A stretch of 63,433 nt of DNA, the filler included, from Octopus bimaculoides (Eukaryota), in NCBI RefSeq assembly GCF_001194135.2. It is 6 parts of 6 records of this genome, joined end to end, with 100 filler letters (N's around TTAATTAATTAA, not from the genome) between each part and the next. Parts side by side here need not be neighbours in the genome. Positions count along the whole stretch, not along the records: positions 48,844 to 59,506 come from NC_068997.1; positions 59,607 to 61,911 come from NC_069004.1; positions 62,012 to 63,433 come from NW_026303160.1; 3 more parts are not named here. One strand, given 5' to 3'. The translations under genes and the position numbers were made by a program. The notes under the pieces are model-generated. The model ran no database searches, was not told the origin of the DNA, and was given only the letters and a program-made list of their open reading frames with translations. Positions 49,363 through 62,134 of the stretch are shown one piece after another. Every line of letters starts with the position of its first letter. Within the stretch, counting starts at the first letter, position 1.

Positions 49363-50101
49363 NNNNNNNNNNNNNNNNNNNNNNNNNNNNNNNNNNNNNN
49401 NNNNNNNNNNNNNNNNNNNNNNNNNNNNNNNNNNNNNNNNNNNNNNNNNNNNNNNNNNNNNNNNNNNNNNNNNNNNNNNNNNNNNNNNNNNNNNNNNNNN
49501 NNNNNNNNNNTATATATATGTATATTTATATTTGGGAGGTGCAATGGCCCAGTGGTTAGGGCAGCGGACTCGAGGTCAGAGGATGGTGGTTTCAATACCC
49601 AGACCGGGTGTTGTGTGTATTTATTGAGCGAAAACACCTAAAAGCTCCACGAGGCTCTGGCAGGGGGTGGGGGTGACCCCTGTTGTACTCTTTTGCCCCA
49701 ACTTTCTCTCACTCCTCTTTCTTGAGTAATGCTGTGATGGATTGGCGTGTTTTTAACGTGACACCTTCACCAGAGCCAGTCCAGCGGCACTGGCAATGAC
49801 ATCGCTTGAATATTTTTTCATGTGCCACTTGCACAAGTGCCAGTAAAGCAACGCTGGTAATGATCATGCTTGAATGGTGCTTTTTATGTCTCACCAGCAT
49901 GGAAGCCAGTCAGCTGCTATGGCAACGATCATGCTCGGATGGTGCTGTTAGCGCTCCACTAGCACGGATGCCAGTCATTGAATTTGATTTCGATTTCACT
50001 TGCCTCAACAGGTCTTTGCAAGCAGAATTTAGTGTCCAATGAAGGAAAGGTATGCATAAGTGGGCTGGCTACATCTCTGGCAGAGACCTTGGATTTTGGT
50101 C

Positions 50102-50797
50102 TCATTTGGCTTGCCTGGTCTTCTCACACACAGCATATTTCCAAAGGTCTTGGTCACTAGTCATTGCCTTGGTGAGGCCTAATGTTCGAAGGTCGTGCTT
50201 CACCATCTCATCCCAGGTCTTCCTGGGTCTACCTCTTCGACAGGTTCCCTCAACCGCTAGGGTGTGGTACTTTTTCACACAGCTCTCCTTATCCATTCTT
50301 GCCACATGACCAGCGCAATCGTCTCTCTTGTACACCACAACTGATGCTTCTTATGTTCAACTTTTCTCTCAAGATACTTACACTCTGTCGTGTATGCACA
50401 CTGACATTACTCATCCATCGGAGCATACTGGCTTAATTCCTTGCAAGCTTATGCATGTCCTCAGCAGTCATGGCCCATGTTTCACTGCCATGTAGCATGG
50501 CTGTTCGTACACACGTGTCATACAGTCTACCTTTTATTCTGAGGGAGTGGCCCTTCGTCACCAGCAGAGGTAAGAGCTCTCTGAACTTTGCCCACGCTAT
50601 TCTTATTCTAGCAGCTACACTTTCAGTGCACCCACCTGACTACTGACTTGGTCACCCAGATATCGGAAGCTATCAACTACTTCTAGTTTTTCTCCCTGGA
50701 ATGTGGCAGAAGTTGTTCTCTTCACATTTTCAGTGTTTACTGCTTCTGAGCATCTGCTACATACTATCTTGCCAGTTAGCCTTCCTTTGATGGATGC
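50102..50797 (-). mobile_element. RTE-clade LINE, 5'-truncated 3' end of ORF
   Basis: EKLEVVDSFRYLG...KGRLYDTCVRTAMLHGSETWA...GHVARMDKESCVKK...EGTCRRGRPRKTWDEMVKHDL...LWKYAVCEKTRQAK. Confidence 0.92.
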
Positions 50798-50929
50798 AAA
50801 ATGTAAAGCAAGATGTCATTACTCTGTGTTGTGCAAATACTGTTGATTAAATAATGGAATGTTATATGGTCAGTGAGTATGAGCAATGAAAATCTGAGTA
50901 TGAGCAATGGGAATGATTATTTAACTGCA

Positions 50930-51417
50930 ATAAGTACATTAACACACACACACATGCACATAGTCACACACAATCGCACAACACATGCACACACAATCAC
51001 GCACACATATATATACACACACAGACATATAATATCCACATATACATATATACATGTGGATGTATATGCATTCATATATATGTGTAGGTTTATATATGTA
51101 CATATATCTGTGTATATTCACACACACACACACACATACATACATATATAATATACACATATACATATATACATGTGTATGTATATGCATTCATATATGT
51201 GTGTAGGTGTGTATGTATATATATGTATATCTGTTTATATCTATCTATATATATATATATAATAATGTTTTTTTCGGTGATCTTAAATGTCTTGCCCGCT
51301 TACGTTTTGGTATTCCGCTATATTTCATGTTGAGAACAATTTAGGTCTTAATAGACACGAGATGTGATCTATTTCTAGCACATTGATTGTCCACGTTAGT
51401 GGTCAACGTTATATATA

Positions 51418-51490
<73 letters not shown>

Positions 51491-51566
51491 ACACACACAT
51501 GCATACACACATGAATATATATGTTTGCTTGTGTGTGTGTGTGTGTGTGTGTGTGTGCACGCGTAG

Positions 51567-51598
<32 letters not shown>

Positions 51599-51617
51599 TT
51601 ACACACACACACACATG

Positions 51618-51648
<31 letters not shown>

Positions 51649-52578
51649 GATTGCCATCCTGTGGATCCCATTGGAATTTTAAGATTGTGTTTCTCTTCCA
51701 ATAAATCAATGTTGCTGCATTTATCACTGCCACTGATAAATAAGTACATAGTACTTATTGATATTTCAAATGATGTGCAGGCTTCCCTCATGGAAAAACA
51801 ACAACAACAACAACAACAACAGCCAAAACACAGGAAGCTCAACATTTTCTTATATTGGTTCTGTATATCTATATATTTATGCGTGTGTGTTTGAATTTTT
51901 TTGGATTTTTGTAATTTTCCTATTATATTTTTGTTGTTTTTTTCTTATTGTATTTTAGTCAATTATGAGTTGTTTTTTTCTGTTTTTGTTTGTGNNNNNN
52001 NNNNCCCCCCCCCCCGTGTTGATTTTTATTGTGGTTTGTTTCTCTCAACTCTACATGAACTCATGTTTGCATTAATCTTTCTGATTGTCACTTTATGTTG
52101 TGTATGTCTATATAGGTGTGTGTGTGTGTGTACATACAGAATCACACACACACACATATGTTTGTACACATGCATGTATATATTTGTATGTATAGGTGTA
52201 GTATATATAGATATATATATATATGTACCTGTATATGTGAATGTGTGTGGGTGTGTGTGTGTATATATATATATATATTTATATACATATATATATTTAT
52301 ACACACACATATATATATATTTATATACATATATTTATATATCTATATATATATATACATACACGCATATACATATTTGTGTGTGTATATGTATGTGTGT
52401 ATATGTGGTTTTGAGAGACTAACAGATGCCATGTTACAGTACATATACATTATGTCTATGCACACATGCACACACACATTTAAATACATATATATGCATA
52501 CATATTTAAATGTATATATATGTATATACATATATTAAAATATCTATATGTATATATTTAAAGATATACGCACACACA

Positions 52579-52661
<83 letters not shown>

Positions 52662-52960
52662 ATATATGTGTGTGCGTATATATATATATATATATATATA
52701 TATTACATATGTATATTATATATATATAAATATTATATGTATTATATACATTTATCTTATGTATATCCAATTATATATACACATGCAGCCATATGTATAT
52801 ATACATAAATATATGTGCTAACATATACACATTCATATATATTTATATATGATGCACACACATATGTGCATATATATATATATATATACATATATACATA
52901 TATACACACACATGTATATATATATATTTATATTCATGCTTACATCCATGCATGCATATA
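50930..52960. repeat. (TA)n/(CA)n/(TG)n low-complexity field
   Basis: Direct reading. Confidence 0.95.
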
Positions 52961-53380
52961 CATTAATTGGGTGCTTTTTGTTTTTCCCCCGTTTACATAA
53001 ATTCCTGATTACTTGAAGAATATATATGCAATTATTTACATGCTGTAAGATTAAAAGTAGTGAAAATACAAAAGAAAATCAAAGAAAATACAAGAAAATA
53101 ATAATAATTTAAAAGAAAAATTGTTACTATTTCTGTTTGAAAAAAAAAAATTCATATACAAATTAATGCAAAATAAATAAAAATATTTTTAAGAGATGTC
53201 CAATATTCCAATATTGTTGTTCTTTCAATGTTTGATTAATTAAAATCATTTTTGTGTTTTCTCATTTTTGCTTTTGGTTTTTGGTTTGTTTGTTGGAAGG
53301 AAGCTTCAGAAAATCCTTCGAGAGATTCTTTCTCTTGAACTGTTTGTGTTGCTCTAGTCTCTGAAATTCGTTAATTTTAG

Positions 53381-53482
53381 ATTTATTTAAAAATTTATGG
53401 CAACTTAACCAACAAAGGAAACAAAGAATATTTCGTTTTGCTGCGAAATCATTGGAAATGGTTTGCAAGCATTTCTGTGGTA
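53381..53482 (+). CDS. Candidate orphan coding exon, product unknown (LFKNLWQLNQQRKQRIFRFAAKSLEMVCKHFCG), 102 nt, phase 1/1
   Basis: gttaattttag|AT TTA...GGT A|gtaagt. Open, frame-symmetric, non-repetitive island within repeats. No family recognised. Confidence 0.4.
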
Positions 53483-53901
53483 GTAAGTAGTCTTACTTAA
53501 AGAGGGAGGGGGGGATCATATGGAAGTGGTAGCAGTAGTAGTATTAGTAGTAGTAGGTGTTGTTATTGTTGTTGTTGTTGTTGTTTACCTTCAGGTCATT
53601 CATGATAAGGTAGATCTAAGATCAAAGGTATTTCAGGTATAATGCTGTCAATGAGTCCTCCCTTTTTTTTTAAACGGTAGAGAATGATTTGAGGGAGATC
53701 TCTGCTGCTGTTTCTTGCAGGGCAGGTGGCCACATATAGCTTCTTCATTTGTTGGCATTGATGGGTGCAGTTGTTTAACCCAAGGTCATTCATGGTCATG
53801 CAGATCTTTGAACATGGAGGCGTGTAGCTTAGTGGTTAGCATGTTGAGTTCATGATTGTAAGATTGTGGTTTCAATTCCAGAACTGGGCAATAAGATGGA
53901 G

Positions 53902-54518
53902 TGAAAATAAAAGATTGTGGAAATTGAAAATACCTGAGGACTTAAATTTTGCTTTATTTGATTACTAGAAAAATGCTAAATTTTCGGTGAGATCTATTAA
54001 GGGCATTTACTCCTTCAAGCCCCCTAAACTCCAAAACTGAGGGATTTTTGTAAATTTTTTACTATAGCAGAGTTTGGGGAATTTGAGTAAATGCCCTTGA
54101 TTGAGCTAAGCAAAAATTTAGCATTTTTCTAGTAATAAAATAGAGCAAGATTTTAGGCCTCAGGCATTTTCAATTTTTTATTCTCACATGTATATAGATT
54201 GTGTAATGTGGGGGTGGAGTGAAAATAAAAAAAATTGTGGAAATTGAAAATACCTTAGGTCTAATACCTTGCTATATATTATTACTAGAAAAATGCTAAA
54301 TTTTTGCTTAGATCAGTCAAAGGCATTTACCCCCTCAAACTCACCAAACTTTGCTATTATAAAATGTTTACAAAACCCCCCATTTTCGGAGTTTAGGGGG
54401 CTTGAGGGAGTAAATACTCTTGATTGATCTCAGCAAAAATTTAGCATTTTTCTAGTAATCGAATAAAGCAAAATTTTAGCCCTCAGGCATTTTCAATTTC
54501 TACAATCTTTTATTTTCA
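53902..54518. mobile_element. Two palindromic MITE-like copies in inverted orientation
   Basis: Each copy (about 53902-54186 and 54220-54518) has long imperfect TIRs. The internal core aagccccctaaactcc of copy 1 appears as ggagtttagggggctt in copy 2. Confidence 0.8.
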
Positions 54519-54905
54519 TGTATAGCTTCGTCAGGAGTTGGCATTGATGGCGTTTTTGATTAGCTCCAAGACATTCATGATTAAGAAGACCTTTGATTGG
54601 AATTGCTTCATATCTGACCGTTTTGACTTTTCATTCAGGCAGAACATTAAGCATTTTATTAAAGGTGTCCTTCATATTTTAAGATGCACGATGTAATTTG
54701 TGGAAGATTTCTCAGCTGTTTCTTGCAGGTCTTCATAGAGGACTTCCCGGTCAGAAGTGACTGTCTTGCAACATGTGTGATGAGTGCATGGTGCCAAGTG
54801 GGCCAAATTAGGTAACCACATAGACGTTCTCTTATTTGATCTTTGCTATTGTTGTTTAGTTCTAGATATATCTATCAATGTGTGTGCACATGTTTGTGCG
54901 CACAC

Positions 54906-54936
<31 letters not shown>

Positions 54937-54966
54937 CATATCATAATCATTGCGTGTTTGTGTGTA

Positions 54967-55013
<47 letters not shown>

Positions 55014-55276
55014 NNNNNNNNNNNNNNNNNNNNNNNNNNNNNNNNNNNNNNNNNNNNNNNNNNNNNNNNNNNNNNNNNNNNNNNNNNNNNNNNNNNNNNN
55101 NNNNNNNNNNNNNNNNNNNNNNNNNNNNNNNNNNNNNNNNNNNNNNNNNNNNNNNNNNNNNNNNNNNNNNNNNNNNNNNNNNNNNNNNNNNNNNNNNNNN
55201 NNNNNNNNNNNNNNNNNNNNNNNNNNNNNNNNNNNNNNNNNNNNNNNNNNNNNNNNNNNNNNNNNNNNNNNNNNNN

Positions 55277-55321
<45 letters not shown>

Positions 55322-55416
55322 TATAAATATATATTTATATTTACATACTCACATGCATATATACATATACATCTACATATTCATATACAAAACTAATTAG
55401 CGATTTAAGTATGCAC

Positions 55417-55447
<31 letters not shown>

Positions 55448-55874
55448 CATACATACATACACACACACATGCTGTGTTTCTGAAAGAAACTGTTTATTCA
55501 TTACACTTTTTCATTTTTTTAAAAAGATGAAATTGCATGTAAAATATCAGGAATGAAGTGAAAATATGAATAAAATATATTCAATATATTCATCTTGGCT
55601 TATCTAAACAAAGCCATCTTAGTCACACACAGATACTTATATATGTACGTACGTACATACGTATGTATGTATGTATGTATGTATCTGTGTGTGTGTGTGT
55701 ATGTATCTGTGTGTGTGTGTGTATGTATCTGTGTGTGTGTGTGTGTGTGTGTACGTATAAGTGTGTTTTGTTGTCTGTCTCTACTTATGCTCACTGCAAA
55801 AGCTATTGTGATCTTGATGAATATACAAATGTTAGGTGAGCTCTTTTATTTCAGAAGACCTGTCAATGAGTATG

Positions 55875-56300
55875 TTGTTGTGTTGGTAGCAGTGTGGTGG
55901 TAATAGTTATTAGAGTGGTGGTAGAAGTGGTGACGTTGTTGTTGTTGGTGGTGGTGGTGGTGGTGAAGGGAAGTGGTGGTAGCTGTGTTGGTGGTGGTTG
56001 CGTTTGTTGTGGAAGCACTAATAGTGATGGTGGTGGTGGTGGTGACGATGGTAGTGGGAATAATGGAGGTGGTAGTGGTATTGTGGCTGTATTGTGAAGG
56101 TGCAGGTAATGGTTGTGGTGGTGGTGGCCATCTCTGTGCTGCTGCTGCTGATGATGGTGATGGTGGTGATGATGATGATGATTGTGATGGTGGTGATGAT
56201 GGTGGCATTTGGTTTTGGTGATAATGGTGGAAGATGGTGGTAGTGGTGGTAATTGCGGTCATCTTTGTGCTAATGATGATGGTGGAGGTGGTGGTGGTGG

Positions 56301-56334
<34 letters not shown>

Positions 56335-56400
56335 AATAATTGTGATGGTGGTGTTGGCGATAATGGTGGTGCCGAAGAATGGTGATAATAAATAATAGCA
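55875..56400. repeat. (GGT)n/(GAT)n compound microsatellite
   Basis: Direct reading. Confidence 0.95.
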
Positions 56401-56855
56401 GAACTCATACAAGTTAGATGCCATGACTCCATGTCTGTTTAATGAAGCTAGTTTTGGGAAATAGAAGCATTATAAACCGAAGATTTAATCCAAATGAAGA
56501 AGTCAGGGCACGATTGATGTCCATCTTGGATTTCTGCTGATTGAAGCCAGATGAACAAGTGCAAGAGGTCACTGCTACGAGGCTGTAAGGTCACATGACA
56601 TGTTAAAAATAGCAACCAAATATCCCTCAAATTACACCCTAATTTTACTCTCTTTTCTCTTTTATTTGTTGGGGGCCACACTTCTGATTTTTTAAGTCTT
56701 GTACTCATTCTATCAGCTTCTTTTGCTAATTTGTTCAGTGAGGGGATGTGAACAAACCAACACTGGTTGTCAAGCAGTTGGTAGGGTGGACGGACACACA
56801 CGCACACACAGAAATTTATATGTGTGCGTGTGTGTATACACAGAAATTCTTGTAT

Positions 56856-56906
<51 letters not shown>

Positions 56907-57889
56907 TTTGGGGTAACATAACAGGTTAGATAGGATGTTATCTCAATTACAATATTACGCATTAACAAGTGATGGACGATAAGATAAGGTCTCTTGGGTA
57001 AGGAATGACCATGCTTCTTTTCTCTTTTAAGAATGCTTGTTGTTCTTGTTCTTGTTTCAACCATGACTGCCTCTGCATAGTTATTTGTGTTGTTAATTTT
57101 TTAAAACAGCATGGGAAGAAGGTTGGTAGCACATCACCCTCTACCCACATTTTTCCCATCCACATCTTTACCATACGGGGTTTTAACAAAATCCAATAAT
57201 AGATATAGCTGCAAATTTATCTAATTACTTGTCTCCTTCTAAAATCAGGCATAACTTAGCGATCGGTCAACTTACAACACCGTTCTTCATCTTGAGTTTA
57301 CTTGGTAGAGTGTGTTTGTTAACTTCACAAGGTCAAGATAAGCTTTGATTGGCTGTATGCAAAAGAGTTCATTACTTGGGTCTGGAATTCTCGTGGGAAA
57401 AAAATTTCGTAGCCAGGCCAGGTCATGCTAGGTTGGGCTAAGTTAGGATTGGTTAAATGAGGCTGGGTAAACCCTAAGTTAGGCTATGCCTGGCCATATT
57501 AGGCTAAACCAAGCCAGGCTGTACTTGGCTAGGCTAAGCTAGGCTAGGTTTGGTTTGGCCTGGGGTTAGGTTTGGTTAGGCCAGGGGTTTGAGAAATATT
57601 TAAACATCACAAGATTCTGAACTTCAGAGAGTTTGTAATAATGCAATCAATGGAAGTTGGTCTTTGTGTTTACAGTATTTGATGTATGTTTGTCAGGAAG
57701 TTCTGTTAAAATGGTATTCAACAGTTCTGTACTGAAATAGAAAACCATGAAAATGTTAGGGCTGTAAATTGATTAAACATTTCAAATATTGATTGAAGTC
57801 ATCTGGTGGTAAGAAACTGTGTAGATTAGAAATGTGTCTGAGAAAATGCTAGAAATAATTCACAAAATTGATTTTGCATCTATAGCATC

Positions 57890-58560
57890 GACTGCAGCAG
57901 CAGCAGCAGCAACAATGATATTAGCAACTATTACAACAATGCAATGTCAACTGCAGCAGTAACGATGATAACAATGATGATGATGATGATGATTAAGATG
58001 TTGGTGGTGGTGGTGGTGGTGATGATGATGACGATGATGATGGTGGTGGTGGTGATAAGAATGATGACGATGATGGTTATGATGGTGCAGATGGTGATGA
58101 TGATGATGAGGATATTGATGTTGATTATGATGTTGAAGATGACTGATGATAGTGGTGGTGTTGATGATGATAATGATGATGGTTTTGATTTTGATGATGA
58201 CGACGATGACAAAGGCAACAATAGTGGAAATGATGATGATGATGATGATGCAGTTATGATGATAGTGACAATACTGATGATAATGGTGATGCATTTCAAT
58301 TTCCTTCTTTTCTTCCTTTTTCATTTGCTCCTTTCATTCAATGATGATGATGATGACCTTGACAACAGGGAAAGTCCTAATGGGGGTAGTTGTGATGACA
58401 ACAATGTCATTAGTGACAATGACAGCGATGACGATGCTTGCCATTGTGCAGTGATGGGGGTGAGGTGGGGACGAACTGCTGATGTGTAATAATGATGATG
58501 ATGATGATGATAATGATGATGACGACAATGATGATGATGATGATGATGATGATGAAGTGA
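57890..58560. repeat. (GAT)n/(GGT)n compound microsatellite
   Basis: Direct reading. Confidence 0.95.
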
Positions 58561-58820
58561 TGTTGCATCCTACATTTACTTCTTTTTTATTCCCCCCCTT
58601 TCCCCCTCTCATTTGTATCCTTCTCTCTTCTCTTTTTGTCTTTGAAACAATCGAATTTTTGGTTTCCCATTGGTATGTAAGTTGATTGGGAGTTCAAAGT
58701 TGATTGGGAGTTCAAAGTTGATGGTGAGTGATTATTTATGTGATTCTAATCTATCAAAGGCTTTTTTGGATGCATCAGGATACCACCAACACAACCATTG
58801 CCAACATCTCTATCACCACC

Positions 58821-58856
<36 letters not shown>

Positions 58857-59297
58857 GTCATCCCATCCCCCACCCAACCCAAACAAGCCCAAACCACTCC
58901 ATGGTTGACCTGTGGCCCAACAGCATTGCGGTGTAATCTATACGTTCCACTTTAATTACAAATGTTGTCCCATTTGCTCACCATGGAGGTTACAATTGTC
59001 CAAACATGTTAAGGGCTGCTATTTTAATTGGCGATCAATTACTTAATTGCAAGATTAATTGATAATGTTCACAACTAAAACATACACTCCTGCTATGCGA
59101 GTACACACTCGCATACACACACACACAGACAGACACACACACACAGACAGACACACACACATAGACAGACTGGCATACACAGACAGACAGACACACTCAG
59201 GCAGACAGACATACATGCACACACACACAGACAAGCAGGCAGACAGACACACACACACACACATCTACACTGATGCAGATTATTTAGTGATTATGTA

Positions 59298-59470
59298 GGC
59301 ACAAGTGTGACTGTGTGGTTAAGAGGTTTGCTTCCCAACCACATGGTTCTGGGTTCAGTCCTACTGTTGTGGCATTTTGGCTAAGTGTCTTTTACTATAG
59401 TCCCAAGCCAACCAAGGCTTCATGAATGGATTTGGAGGATGGAAACTGAAAGAAGCTCATTGTATGCACA
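59298..59470 (+). mobile_element. tRNA-SINE 5' half
   Basis: ggcacaagtgtgactgtgtggttaagagg...ggaaactgaaagaagc. Confidence 0.82.
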
Positions 59471-59506
59471 CACACACACAAACTCATATATATATATATA
59501 TATATA

Positions 59507-59606
59507 NNNNNNNNNNNNNNNNNNNNNNNNNNNNNNNNNNNNNNNNNNNNTTAATTAATTAANNNNNNNNNNNNNNNNNNNNNNNNNNNNNNNNNNNNNN
59601 NNNNNN
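59507..59606. other. Artificial scaffold-join spacer
   Basis: 44N-TTAATTAATTAA-44N. Confidence 0.95.
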
Positions 59607-59779
59607 GGGGGGGGGAGTAGGCTGCGGTAACTTTTAGCACCATTTTTACCATTTTCACCATTTTCACTGGAATAATCTCACTGATGACTTCTCTATCAGA
59701 ATTACCAATTCCAATCGGCGGATTCTTAGCACATCTCCTGTTTAATGAAATTAAGTCACATTTGTGAAACGCAGCTCCT

Positions 59780-60130
59780 TCTCTCTTTCTTTCTTTCTTT
59801 CTTTCTTTCTTTCCTTCCTTCTTTCCATCCTTCCTTCCCTCCTTACTCCTTTCTTTCTTTCTTTCTTTCTTTCTATTTTCCTTCTATCATTCATCTTTTC
59901 TTTCTGTCTTTCTTTTTTCTTTCTTCTTTTCATTCTATTTTCTTTCTTTCATTCATCTTTTCCTTTTCTTTTTTGTCTCTTTTTGTTTCTTTCTGTCCTT
60001 TCTTTCATTCATCCATTCTTTCGTTCCTTCTTTTTTCTTCCTTCCATCCGTCCTTCCTCCTTTCTTGTTTTTCTTTCTTTCATTTCTTCCTTCTTTCTCT
60101 CATTGCTCGTTTCTTCTTTTCTTTCTTTGT
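59780..60130. repeat. (TTTC)n polypyrimidine tract
   Basis: Direct reading. Confidence 0.93.
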
Positions 60131-60227
60131 GTTCTATTATGGTGACTTATCGATTTTTTCTTTTTGGTTTTTGCAGGCGTCTGTGTATGTGTGTGTATGT
60201 GTGAGCATTTGTGTATACGTTTCTGTG

Positions 60228-60282
<55 letters not shown>

Positions 60283-61160
60283 NNNNNNNNNNNNNNNNNN
60301 NNNNNNNNNNNNNNNNNNNNNNNNNNNNNNNNNNNNNNNNNNNNNNNNNNNNNNNNNNNNNNNNNNNNNNNNNNNNNNNNNNNNNNNNNNNNNNNNNNNN
60401 NNNNNNNNNNNNNNNNNNNNNNNNNNNNNNNNNNNNNNNNNNNNNNNNNNNNNNNNNNNNNNNNNNNNNNNNNNNNNNNNNNNNNNNNNNNNNNNNNNNN
60501 NNNNNNNNNNNNNNNNNNNNNNNNNNNNNNNNNNNNNNNNNNNNNNNNNNNNNNNNNNNNNNNNNNNNNNNNNNNNNNNNNNNNNNNNNNNNNNNNNNNN
60601 NNNNNNNNNNNNNNNNNNNNNNNNNNNNNNNNNNNNNNNNNNNNNNNNNNNNNNNNNNNNNNNNNNNNNNNNNNNNNNNNNNNNNNNNNNNNNNNNNNNN
60701 NNNNNNNNNNNNNNNNNNNNNNNNNNNNNNNNNNNNNNNNNNNNNNNNNNNNNNNNNNNNNNNNNNNNNNNNNNNNNNNNNNNNNNNNNNNNNNNNNNNN
60801 NNNNNNNNNNNNNNNNNNNNNNNNNNNNNNNNNNNNNNNNNNNNNNNNNNNNNNNNNNNNNNNNNNNNNNNNNNNNNNNNNNNNNNNNNNNNNNNNNNNN
60901 NNNNNNNNNNNNNNNNNNNNNNNNNNNNNNNNNNNNNNNNNNNNNNNNNNNNNNNNNNNNNNNNNNNNNNNNNNNNNNNNNNNNNNNNNNNNNNNNNNNN
61001 NNNNNNNNNNNNNNNNNNNNNNNNNNNNNNNNNNNNNNNNNNNNNNNNNNNNNNNNNNNNNNNNNNNNNNNNNNNNNNNNCCTTCATTGCTACACGGTTA
61101 ACGACAGGTATTTTCTGTGAGTGTGTGTGTGTGTTTTACGAGTCAGTGACCAAGATAAAC

Positions 61161-61169
61161 ATGGCGGCT
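61161..61169 (+). CDS. Candidate first coding exon end (M-A-A) of an unidentified gene
   Basis: aagataaac ATG GCG GCT|gtaagt. Good start context overlapping a YY1-like ATGGCG motif, immediately followed by a consensus donor. Confidence 0.3.
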
Positions 61170-61911
61170 GTAAGTAAACAGGCAATGTTTCCTGCGTGTT
61201 TAACATGACAGTAACTGAAATGGTTGCACAATAACAACTGTTTATTTCTTGTTTGTTTAACCAAGCAGCACAAACGACTCAGTTATGCTGTTAACTAGGA
61301 ATAAACTGTAAACATAAATATGTCAATCACGAAAATAGCTATAAAGTTATGAAAGAACTCATTCAAGCTGTTCACAAACCTAGACATATAGTAAACAAAT
61401 AAACATCAAGTTTATTTAACATGATAATCACCAGCATTACTATACAGTTAACAAAGAATAAATCCTATACGTTCACTAATCTAGCTATGCAGTTAGCAAG
61501 GAATAGATGTAATTCCTCTAAATTGCTGGCTTTGTGCCAAGTTTTAAAACTAATATTCATTTAATTTTCAACCCTTTACGTTTCGAGTTCGAATCTCGCA
61601 GTGGGGGTCTGTCATGTTTTGGTGCTTTAAATTTTCACTTTCCAGGGTTTTTTCCAATAAATATCGATACCAACCATCAGGAAAAAAATCGATCAGTCCC
61701 AGTCATCTATACCTCGTTCTTCCTTACGAATTATTTGTCAGGAACCAATGCGAAAAATCGATTCGGTTTCTTCTGATAATTAAATTGTACGCGAGGAGTC
61801 AATTAATTAAACTCTTCTGATTAATGAGGTTTCTAAACTTAAGTGGGCGGAGGTTACAGAGTAAGAGGGTGGGGTGGGTGGGATGAGATTGTGTGACCTT
61901 CATGCATTTTT

Positions 61912-62011
61912 NNNNNNNNNNNNNNNNNNNNNNNNNNNNNNNNNNNNNNNNNNNNTTAATTAATTAANNNNNNNNNNNNNNNNNNNNNNNNNNNNNNNNN
62001 NNNNNNNNNNN
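61912..62011. other. Artificial scaffold-join spacer
   Basis: 44N-TTAATTAATTAA-44N. Confidence 0.95.
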
Positions 62012-62134
62012 GCAAGTATTTGTTACTATGGTTACAGATCGATCCAAGTTTTGTAAATGAGTTCAACCAATAGTTTTGTCAAACTAATTTCATTTACAAA
62101 ACTTGGATCGATCTCAATGATTCAACCATGTCAC

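Noticed and set aside
56440-56540. Plus-strand frame LVLGNRSIINRRFNPNEEVRARLMSILDFC* as a terminal exon
   Set aside because: Weak acceptors, phase not compatible with the upstream candidates, no recognisable homology.
58678-58722. 18-bp unit repeated about 2.5 times (agttgattgggagttcaa)
   Set aside because: A local tandem duplication with no spacers; not CRISPR-like.
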